Part shown: positions 27,003 to 40,577 of the stretch, piece by piece
Position numbering within the stretch: the stretch's first letter is position 1
How the letters are laid out: each line of letters starts with the position of its first letter
Assembly: GCF_009914755.1 (NCBI RefSeq)
Contig: NC_060943.1
Reading direction: 5' to 3' (one strand)
Length of the DNA stretch: 64,000 nucleotides
Origin: the human T2T-CHM13v2.0 reference genome, Homo sapiens
The notes under the pieces: model-generated
Told to the model about the DNA's origin: nothing
The model's input: the letters and a program-made list of their open reading frames with translations, nothing else
Databases searched by the model: none
Position numbers and translations under genes: made by a program

Positions 27003-27754
27003 TCCCAGGCCCACGTTCTCCAAGGCTGCCTTCTAGATCCCAGCAACAAGCCTGTCTGTCCCCACTCCACTTTGCAGCCCCACAACCAGCCACCCCATCT
27101 CACCTGGCCACCTGCACCGTGGGTGGACACTGAGGACTGGAGACACAGACAAAGCTTCACAAGGGAAGCTCAGCAGCTGCCCTGGAAAGGTCTGAAGTGG
27201 GACACAGTGGGAGGCAGTGACAGAGACCTGGAGGCAGAACCAGGCACCTCTGGACAGCTAGAAAGGGTCCTGGTGAGGGTGGGGAGGATTTGGGGAGCCT
27301 GACAAAGGTTCAGACACCCACACAGCCCTACCCCGACATGCAACAGTGACAGCCGCCAGGGCAGAGAAGATGCTCAGAGAGAAGATGCTCAGAGAGGGAA
27401 CAGAACACAGGCTTGGGCTCCCCCAAGATGCAGACCTGCTGCCTACCTCTGCCTTCCACCTGTTCTTTAACTCTCCAGGCAAAGGCTCAGCTCCCCAGGG
27501 AGCCTTCTGGCATAAAGAAATATATCCATTGAAGAAAAGAAAAAGGAGGAGGAAAGGAGGGAGCAAGAATGTCACCACCTCTAACCTACCATTTTCTACA
27601 TGCTTTCATCTTTCTGCTTAATTCAGTGAGTGTTTGTGGAACATCTACTATAGGCAATTCTCTTTGCTAGGTGTTTTGGAGGGAGATGGCCATGAGAAGA
27701 GGAGAAATTAAGTCAGCTTCATGGTCAGAGACATTTCCTAAAGGAGATACTACA

Positions 27755-27755
27755 T

Positions 27756-27820
<65 letters not shown>
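27755..27820. repeat. Compound (CTG)n(TTG)n microsatellite
   Basis: Direct inspection. Confidence 0.9.
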
Positions 27821-27822
<2 letters not shown>

Positions 27823-27825
27823 GAT

Positions 27826-28344
27826 CAGGGGTCCCGAACCCCTGGGCCATGGACTGGTACCAGTCTGTGACCACCCGTGGCCTATTGGGAATTGGGCCAC
27901 ACAGTGAGTGAGCAAAGCATCATCTGTGTTTACAGCCATTCCCCATCGCTGGCATTACTGCCTGAGCTCCCCCTCCTGTCAGATTAGTGGTGGCATTAGA
28001 TGCTCATAACAGCGTGAGCCCTATTGTGAACTGCACACACGAGGGATCTAGGTTGCACACTCTTTATGAAAATCTAATGCCTGATGATCTGCCACTGTCT
28101 CCCATCACCCCAAGATGGGACCGTCTAGTTGCAGGAAAACAAGCTCAGGGCTCCCACTGATTCTACATGATGGTAAATTGTGTAATTATTTCATTATATG
28201 TTGCAAAGTAATAATAACAGAAATAAAGTGCACAATAAATGTAATGCACTTGAATCATCCCCAAACCATCCCCCTCCCCTGGTCTGTGGAAAAACTGTCT
28301 TCCATGAAACCGGTCCCCAGTGCCAAATAGATTAGGGACCACTG
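27826..28344 (+). mobile_element. MER1A (hAT-Charlie), near full length
   Basis: CAGGGGTCCC...GGGACCACTG termini; 8-bp TSD GTTTAGAT / GTGTAGAT. Confidence 0.92.
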
Positions 28345-28354
28345 GTGTAGATTA

Positions 28355-28580
28355 TCTCTGTGTCTTACACTGTTCTAAGTGCATCACATTTGTTAACTCA
28401 TTCTATCCTTTCAACAACCCTAATAGTGGGTACTACTATTATTCTCATTTTACACATAAGAAAACAGAAGCACAGAGAAGGTAAGTGACTTTCCCAAGGT
28501 CACGCAGCTGTTGAGTGGTGGAACCTGGATTTGGACTGAGGCACTCTGTCTGGTTCCAGAGCCCAGGCCCCTCCCACCAT
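28355..28580 (-). mobile_element. MIR
   Basis: ATTCTCATTTTACACATAAGAAAACAGAAGCACAGAGAAGGTAAGTGACTTTCCCAAGGTCAC core. Confidence 0.85.
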
Positions 28581-29299
28581 GCCCTGCTGACCCTTAGAAT
28601 CTGGCATTTGAGCTTTATCTTGAAGGATGGTTAGGATTGTACAGATGGAGCCCAGTTTGCCAGAGAGAGAAAGAGAGTGAGAATGCAGAGAGCAGAGCCG
28701 GTGTAGGTAAGGGTTTCCAGATGGGAAAGTGAACTGTGGTTACACCAGAGGCGGAGGCAGAGGACTGAGCTCTCTTGGGGAGTAGCGAAGACCTGTCCTG
28801 CTTGCGCTGTCGGTAATGAGGCTCTCTGGGCTCAGGGCTGATTATAAACTCTACATACAAGACCCCATTCTCCCATCCCTGGTTTACCAGTGGTTCCTGC
28901 CACCAGTAACGGTCACACGGTCACAGCAGTGACACATTACATGCAAGTGCTCTGCCCAGTTCCTCCCCTGAATCCTCACAACAGCTCAGCCATGTGGGTG
29001 CTGTACAAGCAAGGAAACTGAGGCTCAGGCAGGAAGAAACATGTCCCCATCACACAGCTAGTGCAACGCTTGGCCAGGGCACTTGCCTTGTCCTCCCAGG
29101 TTGCAGAGCCTGGTGCTCCCAAGTTTGCTGCTGAACCTTCCTCTATCCTCCCCACCACCAAGGTCTCCCCTCTCCTCACTCCTTCCCCCCAACCGCCCCC
29201 TGCCTGTGCCCACTCCACCCCCCAGAGCACACGCAGCCTGGCGACTGCTCACACAGCCTCTCACAGGCTTAATAGCTCCAGCCTGTAGAAATGGAACAA

Positions 29300-29700
29300 A
29301 CTGATGGCCATGTGCATCACTTTTATGTGCTTATAAGAGAGTCATAATTAATTTCCCAAATGCACACAGGACTCAGGGGATAGACAGAATGCTATTCACA
29401 GATTGCACGATCGTTTGACAGTTTTAGGCAAATGAGGAGCGAGTATTATTTGCTTTTCTAACGACTGCCTGGTGCATTTTGGTCTTGATGATGGCATTTC
29501 CAAAGCAATTTCAGAAACAGATTAGAGAAGTAACATTTTTAATCTTTAGCAAAAACCTAAGATGTGAGGGAGATTGTAATGTCTGTTTTTTCAGCACGAT
29601 GTTTTCTAGCGTTAGGGCAAAATGTAGCACAAAATGAAACAACATCACTTACTGTGTAAACAGTTACATTATCTCCAATTACTCTTCAGCTATGCACTAC
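29300..29700. promoter_or_regulatory. Candidate conserved non-coding element / enhancer
   Basis: AT-rich unique island; TAATTAAT 29345, TGACAG 29416, TGTAAACA 29655, CAATTA. Confidence 0.45.
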
Positions 29701-30199
29701 CCCACCCCTCTCAAAAGAACAAAAAAGAGAGCCCCCTTATTTCCCTGTTCCAGGGGCCTGAATCATCACTGCAGCTGCCCTGAAGACCATAACCCACCAG
29801 GAACAGGGAAAACCCCCTACCCGACTCTCGCCGCCTGAATTCCACTGTTAGAATGCACTTCTCCAGCAATGCAAATCCTCCAGGAACAGTGGTCACTTTC
29901 CTGCAAAAAATACCAGCACTTAACTTGGTGGAAAAGGAGGAAGAATCCAGAAAACAGCCTGAAAGTACAGAAAGGGGACACAGTATTAGCATCATGGGAG
30001 GGAAGGACGGGCAACGTGGCGCAGGGGTAGCAGGTGCAGGAATGACAGGTATCGGGCTGAGGGTGGGCAGAGCAGTAGGAGAGGGGAAGGTGGGAGGTCA
30101 GTGCCACCTCCGACACTGCTGGGCTGCGCTCACTCCCTCCCTTGGCATTCCCCATCCAGCCAACATCAGCACCTGCATCTCCACCAAAGGGCAGTCTCT

Positions 30200-30560
30200 G
30201 GTCACAGGGACACACTAGGTCAGCGGCCTGAGCACAACACAGCAATGGGGCGCTGGAGTGCACATCTCCAGGAGCAGCCCTCAGCACGTGATGAGTGGGA
30301 GCTGGAGGACAACACACAGCTTCCTGGCCCTGCAGGTGGAAACACTCCCCAGTGTGTGCCACCCCATCTCCCGGGCTGCCCAGGGGCTGAGCCTCAGTGG
30401 CCTCAGTGGTGTCAATGGCCCACGGCAGTAACCTGCTTATCGGCTTCTTTCCCTTCTCTGTCTCACTTCTCGTCTCCTCTCCCTATGCTTCCTGGAATCA
30501 GCTCCCAAGCCAACTCCCTGCACCGAAAGTTTCATCCTGGGGTGGAGGGCAGCTTCAGCA
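30200..30560 (+). mobile_element. LTR16-type ERVL LTR fragment
   Basis: CCAGGAGCAGCCCTCAGC...TGGGAGCTGGAGGACAA...CTTCCCTTCTCTGTCTCACTT...GCTTCCTGGAATCA. Confidence 0.65.
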
Positions 30561-31373
30561 GAAGACAGCCCCTCTCACTGGCCCATCTTGGGTCACATGC
30601 CATCCCTAGGCCAAATGCCATGTCCAGAGAGGTAGAGCATGGATAGGCCAGACCTGGGCCCCATGCCTGCCCTGGACCAAGGGATGGGGTCAGACCCACC
30701 CGAAACACACAGATGAGTGGAGGAGGGGAGTTCCCGGGGAAAGGTCAGGGCCTGTTCCCAGAAGAGAGAATTCTATGGCCAGCAGGCTGAGCAGATGTCG
30801 ACAGCGGCCCGCCATGAGAGGGTCCACACGGGTCAGCGAAGCACCGTCTTGGAGGGCATTCGGGTGGAATTCTAGCAGAGGCTGCACTAAGTCAGTGGTT
30901 CAGGGCACCAGAAGTGAGTGAGCTGGGAGTGAATGCCTGTCCCCCGCCGCCCGCCGTCAGGGGTTACTTGGTGCTGGGGCTGAGGGGCAGAGCCACGGGA
31001 AGTCCACCCCACTATCCCACAGCACAACTGGCTCTGCCTCAGGAGGCTGGGTGGCTTCCTCGCCCCACCCAAGCTTCCATCCAGGCTTAGAGATCCATGG
31101 TAGGGGGCTTGCTACACCCCAACTTCCGGCTCAGTGTTTCTGTATCCCAGGCTGGAATGAGGGAGCCCACGGAGATGGAGAGTGAGCTCCCTGAGGGATG
31201 ATGGTGGCATCTTTCTCCAAGGGTCCCACATCATCTGATATAGGACAGAACCCGCAGGGTCTCAGAGATGCCATTGTTTATATAACTTGACCCTCCCAGA
31301 TGCCAGGAGCCCTGGGGAAGCCTTTCCCAAAACGTATGCCTCGGAGCTCCTAGTTTGACAAACTGGTATGTCC

Positions 31374-31800
31374 TGATATGGTGTGAGTGTGTGTCCCCTC
31401 CAAATCTCATGTTGAAATGTGGCCTCCAGTGTTGCAGGTGAGGCCTGGTGGGAGGCGCTTGGGTCATGGGGCAGATCTCTTATGAATGGCTTGGGCCAAC
31501 CCCTCAGTGATGAGTGAGCTGTCGCTCTGAGTTCACATGAGATCTGGTTGTTTAAAGCGTGTGGCATCTCCCCTTGCTCTCTCTGGCTCCCTCTCTCACC
31601 ATGAGAGACTCCTGCTCCCCCTCCACCTCCCGCCATGAGTAAAAGCTTCCTGAGGCCTCACCAGAAGTCAGATGCTGGCACCATCCTTCTCGTCCAGCCT
31701 GCGGAACTGCGAGCCAAATAAACCTCTTTTCTTTATAAACTGCCCAGTCTCAGGTGTTCCTTTATAGCAACACAAGACAACACAAGAATGGCTGAATACA
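31374..31800 (+). mobile_element. Solo MSTB LTR
   Basis: TGATATGG...CCCCTCCAAATCTCATGTTGAAATGT...AATACA; TSD-like TGTCC / GTTCC. Confidence 0.9.
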
Positions 31801-32229
31801 GTTCCCATACAGGGCTGGGTTGGGCAAAAGGGGATGGTGTGATTCTCCCATTAAGAAAAAGTGGGACAGGGTGGATTGAATCAAGTTGAACAGGTGTCTA
31901 TGGCAGGGCCTCTCAGGGTCTTCATTGCATGATATTGCTATGACTTGCCAGAAAGAGCCATCACATGCGGCGTTTCCCAGACTTTGCTCAGAAAGTCTCA
32001 GAAGTGTGGGTCAAGGATCCTCATGTCGGAAAATGCTAAACCAGCAAGGCCAGTGCCCATTCCCTAGGAGCAGCCAGGCCACAGGTCCCATTCCAGACAC
32101 TCTGCCAAACAGCCCCACCTAGGTTCCTCACACACACCTGCCACCACCCACCCCCAAATCTAACATGAAGTACAACCAAGCTAAGCCAGCAAAGTCCAGT
32201 GCAGCTTGTTAAGCCACTCCAGGCTAGAC

Positions 32230-32700
32230 ACAGCAAAGCCTCGTGTTGTCATTGTGCTGAATAGGTCTTCAGACTTTCCAGTATACAGTGTGACAATAAT
32301 GAAGAGACTTCTGTGGCTGAGTGTGGGGTCCTCATAACCCTGAATGCATTTTCATGTCAGTGATGGTCAGTGGTAAACATCTCCTGCCATTAGCTGGATG
32401 AGACACCTTATTACAAAAATTGCAGCAGAATCTTCATTGTTTTCTATTTCCACTATTACAAAATTCATTTTAAGAGATGTTTGTCTTTCTTTTTGCTTTT
32501 TGATGTGCAGCACAGTTGTCTAATAGCTCATCTCATCTCTGATAAGACGTCATCCTCACGTAATCATTCTTCCAGGATCCTGCTGGTTTTACATCCTCTT
32601 ACAGTAGGTACATTTCTCGCAAATTAAGTGCCGGTAATATATGTCTACCTGTCTAGTGGTGTCACCATAAACAGCCTGTAACCGTCGCCCCAACACTCCC
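32230..32700. promoter_or_regulatory. Candidate conserved non-coding element / enhancer
   Basis: GTAAACA 32373, CATTGT 32435, TGATAAG 32540 overlapping GACGTCA 32546, TTAAGTG, CCATAAA 32665. Confidence 0.4.
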
Positions 32701-35644
32701 CAGGGACACACTAAACTGACTGTATGTCACCATGGTGTTTTGTCTTGATGAGTACACATTTTAAAAGTCCATGTCCTAGCAAGAAGAGGACTAAACATAG
32801 AGACTTTCCCCCTCGAGGCAACATACCCTGTGAAAATCTGCTCAGCGATGTTTGAATATCTCATTGAGGCTCCCACATTTGCAGCTCAAGGCTAGATGCT
32901 GCTTTACCTCTTCTGAATCAGATGGAAGAGGCTGAGTTTGGTCCCTTTGGAACCCAAGTGAAGATAATCACTCAGCCCTGCAAATAAGCAGAGAATTTAC
33001 CAGCCCACAGCCATGTTCACCAGCCTGCTTCCGTCACTCATGCGTACAAGATACTTTGCCATTTGAACAACTCTTTTGTATCTAGTATTTAATTTTATCC
33101 TCATCATGGGTCTGTGGTATAGAGGAGAAAACCCACATTCAGGGACGGGTAAGTTTTGCTCAAGGGCGTGAGGTGCAAGCAGCAGTAGGAGAGACAGAAT
33201 TCTCGGGCAGTGTTCTTCCACTTCCTCTCCACTTCCTCACGTGTCCTTGATGAAAAATCAAGCTGGGCTCTGGGACGGGTGAGACAGAGTTGGGTCTGCG
33301 GGAGGACTTTCCCAGCAGTGAGTGGGGCCTAGGGGCTTGGAGGCAGCCACATCACGATGTGGATCCAGACAGGGGCGCCCCCTCTCTCCCCTCACACCTC
33401 TCTCCCTCTCTCTCTCTTTCTGTCTCTCTGTCTGTGTGTGTGCACACGCACATGCATGCACGCGTGCATGTGTGTCTGTCTCCTAAATTGCTAAATCGTC
33501 TTTCTCTGCTTTTCCAAATCTCCCATCTGATTATCCCTCTTTTCTTCTCCCAACCTCTCCCTAGGAGCCAAATGAAGGTGACAGTAAGCTCAAGCCCAGC
33601 CTGTCCTGGCCTAGCCTGAGGGCCTCTGCTAAGGTGGACCCCAACCAGCTCCAGCCCAGTGACCCCAAGGAAGACTCTACCTGCCCAGCCAAACCTAGGC
33701 CACCAGTCACCCCACCCAGGCCAGCTCAGTACCGCCTCCACAAAGCTCCCGTGATGCCCTCTCCAGGGCAGTGGCACCTCCTTCCAGTCCTCTCTGCCTC
33801 TGTTTCCCACCCACCCCCCTACATCCCCCTCTGACCTGGGCACTCCATGGGACAGCTTGCATGTCACTCCCCTCTCACAGAGCTGGGTGCAGAGAAGAAC
33901 ATGGTGGGCGCCTTTGCTGAGCAAGAACAATGGGTTGCACCGTGCAGCCTCACCCACCTCACCCACATCCCCAGCCCCAGGTGCCACGGTAGGGACTGAA
34001 GCGTTGACAGCCTTACCACCAGGCACAGCCAGCTCCCAGCCAGGCACAGTCCCTGCCCCAGAATCCATGGAGGGCAGCTCCCTTCCCATGCCCCTCCTAT
34101 CATTCCAGGACGTTAAAAGGCACAGGTGACTCTGAGCCCTGCTTCCTGCTGTGTGCTGCAAATCAGTTGATCCAGGAGGCTTGTCATGCCCCCATCCCTC
34201 TCTCCAAAGAGAAAAGAAACCTCTCTGCCCTGGGGGCAGCCAGATACCTCTACAAGGCCCAGACAAGGGGAGCTGAGGTCAGGCTCAAACACCTGGGGCC
34301 TGCAGCATATCATGAACTGCACAGCGTCTGCCCACTCTAGGCCCTCTCCATCGGCACACGATTCAGACCCAGAGCTGGTGGCACATGTGCCCCCCGACCC
34401 ATCTGCAAGGGCTGCTCCAAGTCCTGCAGACCATTTAGCCACACCTCAGCCAGTTTCTCAAAATCCTTCTGGGCATAGCGGGGGCTCAGCACTCTCTGCA
34501 GGGCACAGACCCACCCAGAGCCAGTCCTTCCTGAACCCGGGCTGACGGCCCTCTGCCTCCACCACCCCAATCGCAGGGCTCTGCCATGCTTGCTTTCTGG
34601 CCTGCAGAATTCCCAGTTCCAGCAGCAGGGGCTCCTTCTCCCTCTCCCCAGTTTGGGAGACCCCAGAGTAAGGAAGGAGGTCTTACGGTCTGGCCCATGC
34701 CACTCCCAGCAGTCACGTTGTTTAGGGTGTCAAGGATCCTGGTTGGCTTTGAAGCCAGGCAAACCTGAGTGTGAATTCTCCCTTTCAGCTACATGACCTT
34801 GGGCAAGCCCTCTCCCCATGAATCTCAGTCACCCCATCTGTAAAATGGTCAGAGTATCTACTTCCTGACCTCGCTAGAAATCGAGGTACCACTGGCAAGT
34901 GTCAGGCCCACAGGAGGGGCTCACAAGGGCCAGCTCCCTGTCCAGCCTCCTCAAAGCAGCCTCTTTCTCCTTCTCCAGGGTCAGGGCCACTGCCCTGAGT
35001 GTGGACCTGCTCTTGTCCTTGCAGCTCAGCCCTTGTACCACCCAACCCCAAGCCATGCTCAGTGCTGGGTGATGTAATTGTCCTGGAGGAGGGGCACTGA
35101 TCCAGCCACGCACTCACCCCCATCTGAGCCACGTTAGAAGCACTGCCCATAGGGGTCCTTAAAGAAGTGACCTAGAGTCTCTAATTAGCACCAAACTCCC
35201 ATTTTCACCCTAATGAGCTTCCAGCACCACACCAACCCACCACATTGCAGTGTGAGAGGAGACCTTTGGATGCTGTCGGTCCAAGCCCTTTCCCCATGCC
35301 CGGGCTGCTTTTCTGGCTTCATCACTAGCCCAGCCCCTGCCCTAAGCCCGTCCTCTGCCATACCAGGCTCCCTGTCATGTGCTGTGCTGCTCCTCACCTT
35401 CACACCTGTGATTGTGCTGAGCCCTGTGTGTAGAATGCCCTTCCCTTCCCTCGCCCCCTGGTGAGTCCTCGTCACTCCTTTTCATCCTGTCCAATAGGGA
35501 GCCATAAGTCACATGTGATGAGTGAGCAGTTGAAACGTGGCCAATACAAATTAAGGCTTGCTGTTTATGTAGAACGTCCATCAGACTTCAAAGGCTGAAG
35601 ACAGAACAAAGAATGTGAACTATCTCATTCATAAATGTTTTGCA

Positions 35645-35955
<311 letters not shown>

Positions 35956-35963
35956 TGCTTTGT

Positions 35964-36258
<295 letters not shown>

Positions 36259-36559
36259 ATTTTGTGCTGATTATACAGTAAAATAACATTTTTTGCTATA
36301 TTGGGTTAAGGAAAATTTCACCTGTTTCTTTCTAACACAGCTACTAGAAAAGGTAAAATCCCACATGCCATCGGCTGTATATTTCTACTGATTAGTGCTG
36401 CCCTAGAAGGCCCCACTTTAATATGGTAAGAAATGGCTCTAGAGCCCTCAGCAAGGCTGGACCACGTGTACCTGTGGATCCCACTAGGAATTTGGTCTTC
36501 ATGCAGCTGTAAGCCATTGGAGGGTGTCTGGGGCACAGAGGCTCTCACAGCTCCTGGAG

Positions 36560-36830
36560 TACAACAGTCAAGAAGGAAGATGAGGCTCCTCCCTGCCACA
36601 GCTAATGTTCTAGTGGAGAAATCAGACAACTAACTAAGCAAATGAGGGAAGCGATGTCAGCCCCCAGTCAAAGGTCATGAAGAACGAACCTGGGTGATGT
36701 GGAACGGAGTGACTGGGGAACCCCTTCACTGGGGTGTTCACTGGTGGCCCTGCTCTTGTCCCTCAGGGACAAGAGGTCCTCTCAGAGGAAGCGGCATTTA
36801 AGCTGAGACTAAATGAAGACCTGGAGCCAA
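36560..36830 (-). mobile_element. L2 fragment
   Basis: CTCCCTGCCACAGCTAATGTTCTAGTGGAGA...CTCAGAGGAAGCGGCATTTAAGCTGAGACT. Confidence 0.65.
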
Positions 36831-37689
36831 CTAACCAAAAAGCTGCACAGAGAAGCAGCAAACGACTGCCTGGCAGGGAGCCGGGAGTGAGAAGTGGATG
36901 TATTAGGACTCAGGAGTGTTTTGGATCAAAGCTGACAGAGCTGACGGACTGGCTGGGAACAAGAGGAACTGCCCCTGACCTTGGCAAGGGGGTCATGTCT
37001 CAGGAGGAGCAGGCATCCAGGGACGCTGGGGATCTTCTCGTTATCTGGCCATCAGGGTACCTAGGCTCCTGTCCTTTGTCCACTGACTTGTGGTGACTTT
37101 GGGCAAACCTTTCTGCCCTCTGAGTTCTCATCTCTAAAATTGATGAAGAACCTTGCTGGGCTCCCTTGCAGCAGGGTCCTGAGAACAAAATAAAGCAATG
37201 CCTGTGGATGCTCCATTCATTCTGCACCCTGGCAGGCCCCAGTAGGGCTGGGGTGGTAGAAATGAGCACTGGATTGAAACGCTGGTTTGTGGGTCTGAAT
37301 GGAAACCATGCACAGCGCACAATGTGGGGTAAGAGAAGAGCTTGAACAACAGTACTAGGGGGGCCTCCTGAAAACAGGGCTTCTCACCTGGGCCTAGATG
37401 CCTACTCATTGTCAAGCAGAAACGAGAAGAAGATAGCACAACGAGAGGCAGTCACGACACACGCAAAAACATGGAGATGGGATACGGCAAACGTGGAAAA
37501 CAGACCACAGGGCACTCACCGGCCTCAGTGAAACGCCCAGGGAGAAATGCCATCTACCCAACCTATGTGACCGCCAGGAAATCACAGATGCATCCTGGGA
37601 AGAGCCTCTTTCATTGCCCAAGATGGCCCCAGACTGGCCCCAACACTCTCCAAGACAGTGCCAACAGCTTGTCGGTAAGGGCAGACAGC

Positions 37690-38115
37690 ACCAAACATGT
37701 AGACGAGAAATGTAAAATAAGTAAACATTATTGAAAGGGGCTGTGTAATGCCATGAATTTTTCAGTGGTAAAAACAGCTGAGAAGTTATTAAAAAATGCA
37801 TGACTTTCATATTTGATTATAAGTCAAGAGCGGCCAAAAAGAGAGGGGGAGAGAGCGCAGGGGGTGGAGGAGGGGGGATGGCAAAAGACACCAGCAGCCC
37901 GGCAGACTGGAATTAATGAGGTTGTTCCTAACAGGGAAGAAGTGACATGGTGATTAGTTAATTACTATTCAGCCGCCTGTAATTAATGCACAACTGAAAT
38001 TGGTGTACAATGAATTAAACTACCACATAAAGCTGCTACCCAAATTGAGCCGAGGAGGCTATTACTGCGGCTTCACCATTGTGATTTCAATAGTGTCTCC
38101 CTCCGACAACGTGTT
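37690..38115. promoter_or_regulatory. Strongest candidate developmental enhancer / CNE
   Basis: AAGTAAACA 37719; many TAAT/ATTA cores (37911, TAATTA 37959, TAATTAAT 37980); ACAATG 38007; CATTGT 38077. Confidence 0.55.
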
Positions 38116-38504
38116 ATGCAACTAGTGGGAGAGTGGGGCTGGAGAGATGGAGGGCCTGAGGTAGCGCGTGATCCTGATGCTCACACTCAGAGGGGCCTCC
38201 CGCTGGCTCTGACTAGTGTAGGGTCTGGGCCCCAGCAACCAGCCCAGGGCCTGGTCCGGAGAAAGTTCTCAATGAGTGTAAAGAGGTGGAGTGGGGATGA
38301 CTCGGGAGGCACGACAGATGAATGGGAATGGAGAAGGGAAGGAGACCGGACCGCTGCTAAGAAGGAAGATAATCATCTGTTTACATCTTTTCTCTGAAGA
38401 TAGGCACTGCTGTTATCTCAGGCTCCATGTCACTCATGTCCTCCACCCCAGGACCACTGCAACCAGGACAGTCTACTGCACCAGTCCAGGCACCAGGTAC
38501 CCCT

Positions 38505-38930
38505 TCCAACACATTCTGCACACAGCAGCCTTTTACATCAAGTCATGTCACTCCACTGCTTAAAACCCACCTGTGGATTTCTACTGTAATGAGAAGACCA
38601 TTTACTCTCCCTGCCATGCACCTACAAGGCCTGGTGCAACCTGCTCCCGACACCTCCCCACCTCACCTCTCCCTCACCCCTTTAATTAGATGACCCAGCC
38701 ATGCCATATTGGTCTTTCTGTGCCACAAAATCTCCAAGTTCAATTCCGCCCCAGGACCTTTGCATGTGCTGTTCCATCTGATTGAAACTCTCCAGCTTTT
38801 CCAAGGGATGAGACCTCAGCTCAAATGTCACCTTCTGAGAAAGGCCTGCCCTGGCTTCCCTGTCTAAACTAGTCCCTCCCCTGTCACCATTATTTTCTCA
38901 CATGACCCTGAGTCTGTCCTTCCTGGTCTA
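38505..38930 (+). mobile_element. L2 fragment
   Basis: CATGTCACTCCACTGCTTAAAACCC...CCCAGGACCTTTGCATGTGCTGTTCC...CTCAGCTCAAATGTCACCTTCT. Confidence 0.8.
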
Positions 38931-39576
38931 CCCGAAGACAGGGGTTGTTATCTCCAGGTATGCTGGATCTTGCTCATGCTCCATTTCTCATCACAACACA
39001 GGCTCTATACAGGAGAAAAGCATCTGTTCTCTCCACGTGTACCCAGGGTCCTGCGACTAATTGGAATGAGAAGAGACAGGCAGGAAGGACCCCTTGGAAG
39101 CCCCTTTGTAGGTGATGGGGCTTGTGGCTCAGGTCTAGAGCTGCTGGAGAAGTTCTGGGACTACCTATTGTCATATGCTGTCATTCCCCCTCACCCCAAC
39201 AAATGGATCCCAAGAAGTAGTAGGCTGAGAGTGTGGCAGAAACGATCTGGTATAAGTAAGTGACTGTGGTGGTCAGAGACTGGCAAACACCCACACAGGC
39301 TTTACAACCAGGTGGTCTCAGTCTCTGCCCGGGCTGTGATGGTGGTCTCCTCCACACCCAGAGACACTGCTTCCCTTGGGCCTTCCTCCCCATCCTCCAG
39401 ATCCTGGGACACTAAAGTCCACGTGCCTCATCCCATCTCAGGTGGTGCTGTTGCCTGTATTGGGCCACCTCTGGGCCAGTCACAGGGCCAGAAGGATGAA
39501 CGCTCTGATTGGCTAGGCCTGGGGACCTGCCCACAGGGAGGTGGAAGAGTCCAGGCCCCTCCAAACCACAGCAGCT

Positions 39577-40550
39577 GAGAGAGAGGGAGGGAAGGAGAGA
39601 GGGGGATGGGGGGGAGGGAGAGAGAGAGACGGAGGGAGAGAGACAGAGAGGGAGAGAGAGAGAGGGAGGGAGAGAGACAGAGAGGGAGAGAGGGAGGGAG
39701 AGGGAGGGAGAGCAGGACAGACAGGGAGAGGGAAGGAGGGAGAATGAGAGAGGGAGGGGGAGGGAGAGAGACAGGGACGGATGGGAGGGGAGAGGGAGAG
39801 AGGGAGGGTGGGAGAGAAAGGGAGGGGAAGAGAGGGAGAGAAGGAGGGGAGAAGGGGAGGGAGAGGGGGAGGGAGAGACAGAGGGAGGGAGGGGGAAGAG
39901 AGAGGAGGGATGGGGGAGAGAGAGAGAGAGGGAGGGAAGGAAAGAAAAGAGGGAAGGAGAGAGGGAGGGCGATAAAGGGAGGGAGAAGGGAAGGGAAGGA
40001 GAGAGAGGGAGGGAGAGGGAGGGAGAGGTGAAGGGAGAAAGACAGAGAGGAAAGAAGAAAGGGAGAAAGATGTAGGGAGAGAGAGAAGAAGGGAGAGAGA
40101 GAGGGAGACAGGGAGGGAAGGAGAAGGGGAAGGAGGGAGGGGAGAGATGGAGGGAGGCAGGAGAGAGAGAGGGAGGCATGGACAGGAGAGAGGGAGGGAG
40201 GGAGAGAGAGAGGGAGGGGAGAAACAGGGAGAGGGAGAGAGAGTGGGAAGGAGAGGGGGAGAGAGGGAGGGAGAGAGGGAGGGAGGGGGGAGAGAGGGAG
40301 GCAGGGATGGAGGAAGGGGAGAGAGGGAAGGAGAGAGAGAGAGGGAGAGAGAGGAAGAGAGAAAGAGGGGGAGAGAGAGAGATGGAGGGAGAGAGAAGGA
40401 GAGGGGATAATGGGAGGGAGAGGGGGAGGAGAGGAAAAGAGGGGAGGGGGGTGATGGGAGGGAGAAAGGGGGTGAGGGAGAGAGGGAGGGGAGGGGAGAG
40501 AGAGGAAGGGAGAGAGGGAGGGAGGGGAAGCATCAAAGGAGAAAGGAACA
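39577..40550. repeat. ~1-kb GA-rich polypurine tract
   Basis: Almost entirely G/A on the + strand (GGGA, GAGA units). Confidence 0.95.
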
Positions 40551-40577
40551 GAAACAATAGATGCCCACTGCCTTAGC

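Noticed and set aside
33352-34266. 304-aa minus-strand ORF
   Set aside because: No recognisable domain, non-ATG start, ends in a microsatellite; expected by chance in GC-rich DNA.
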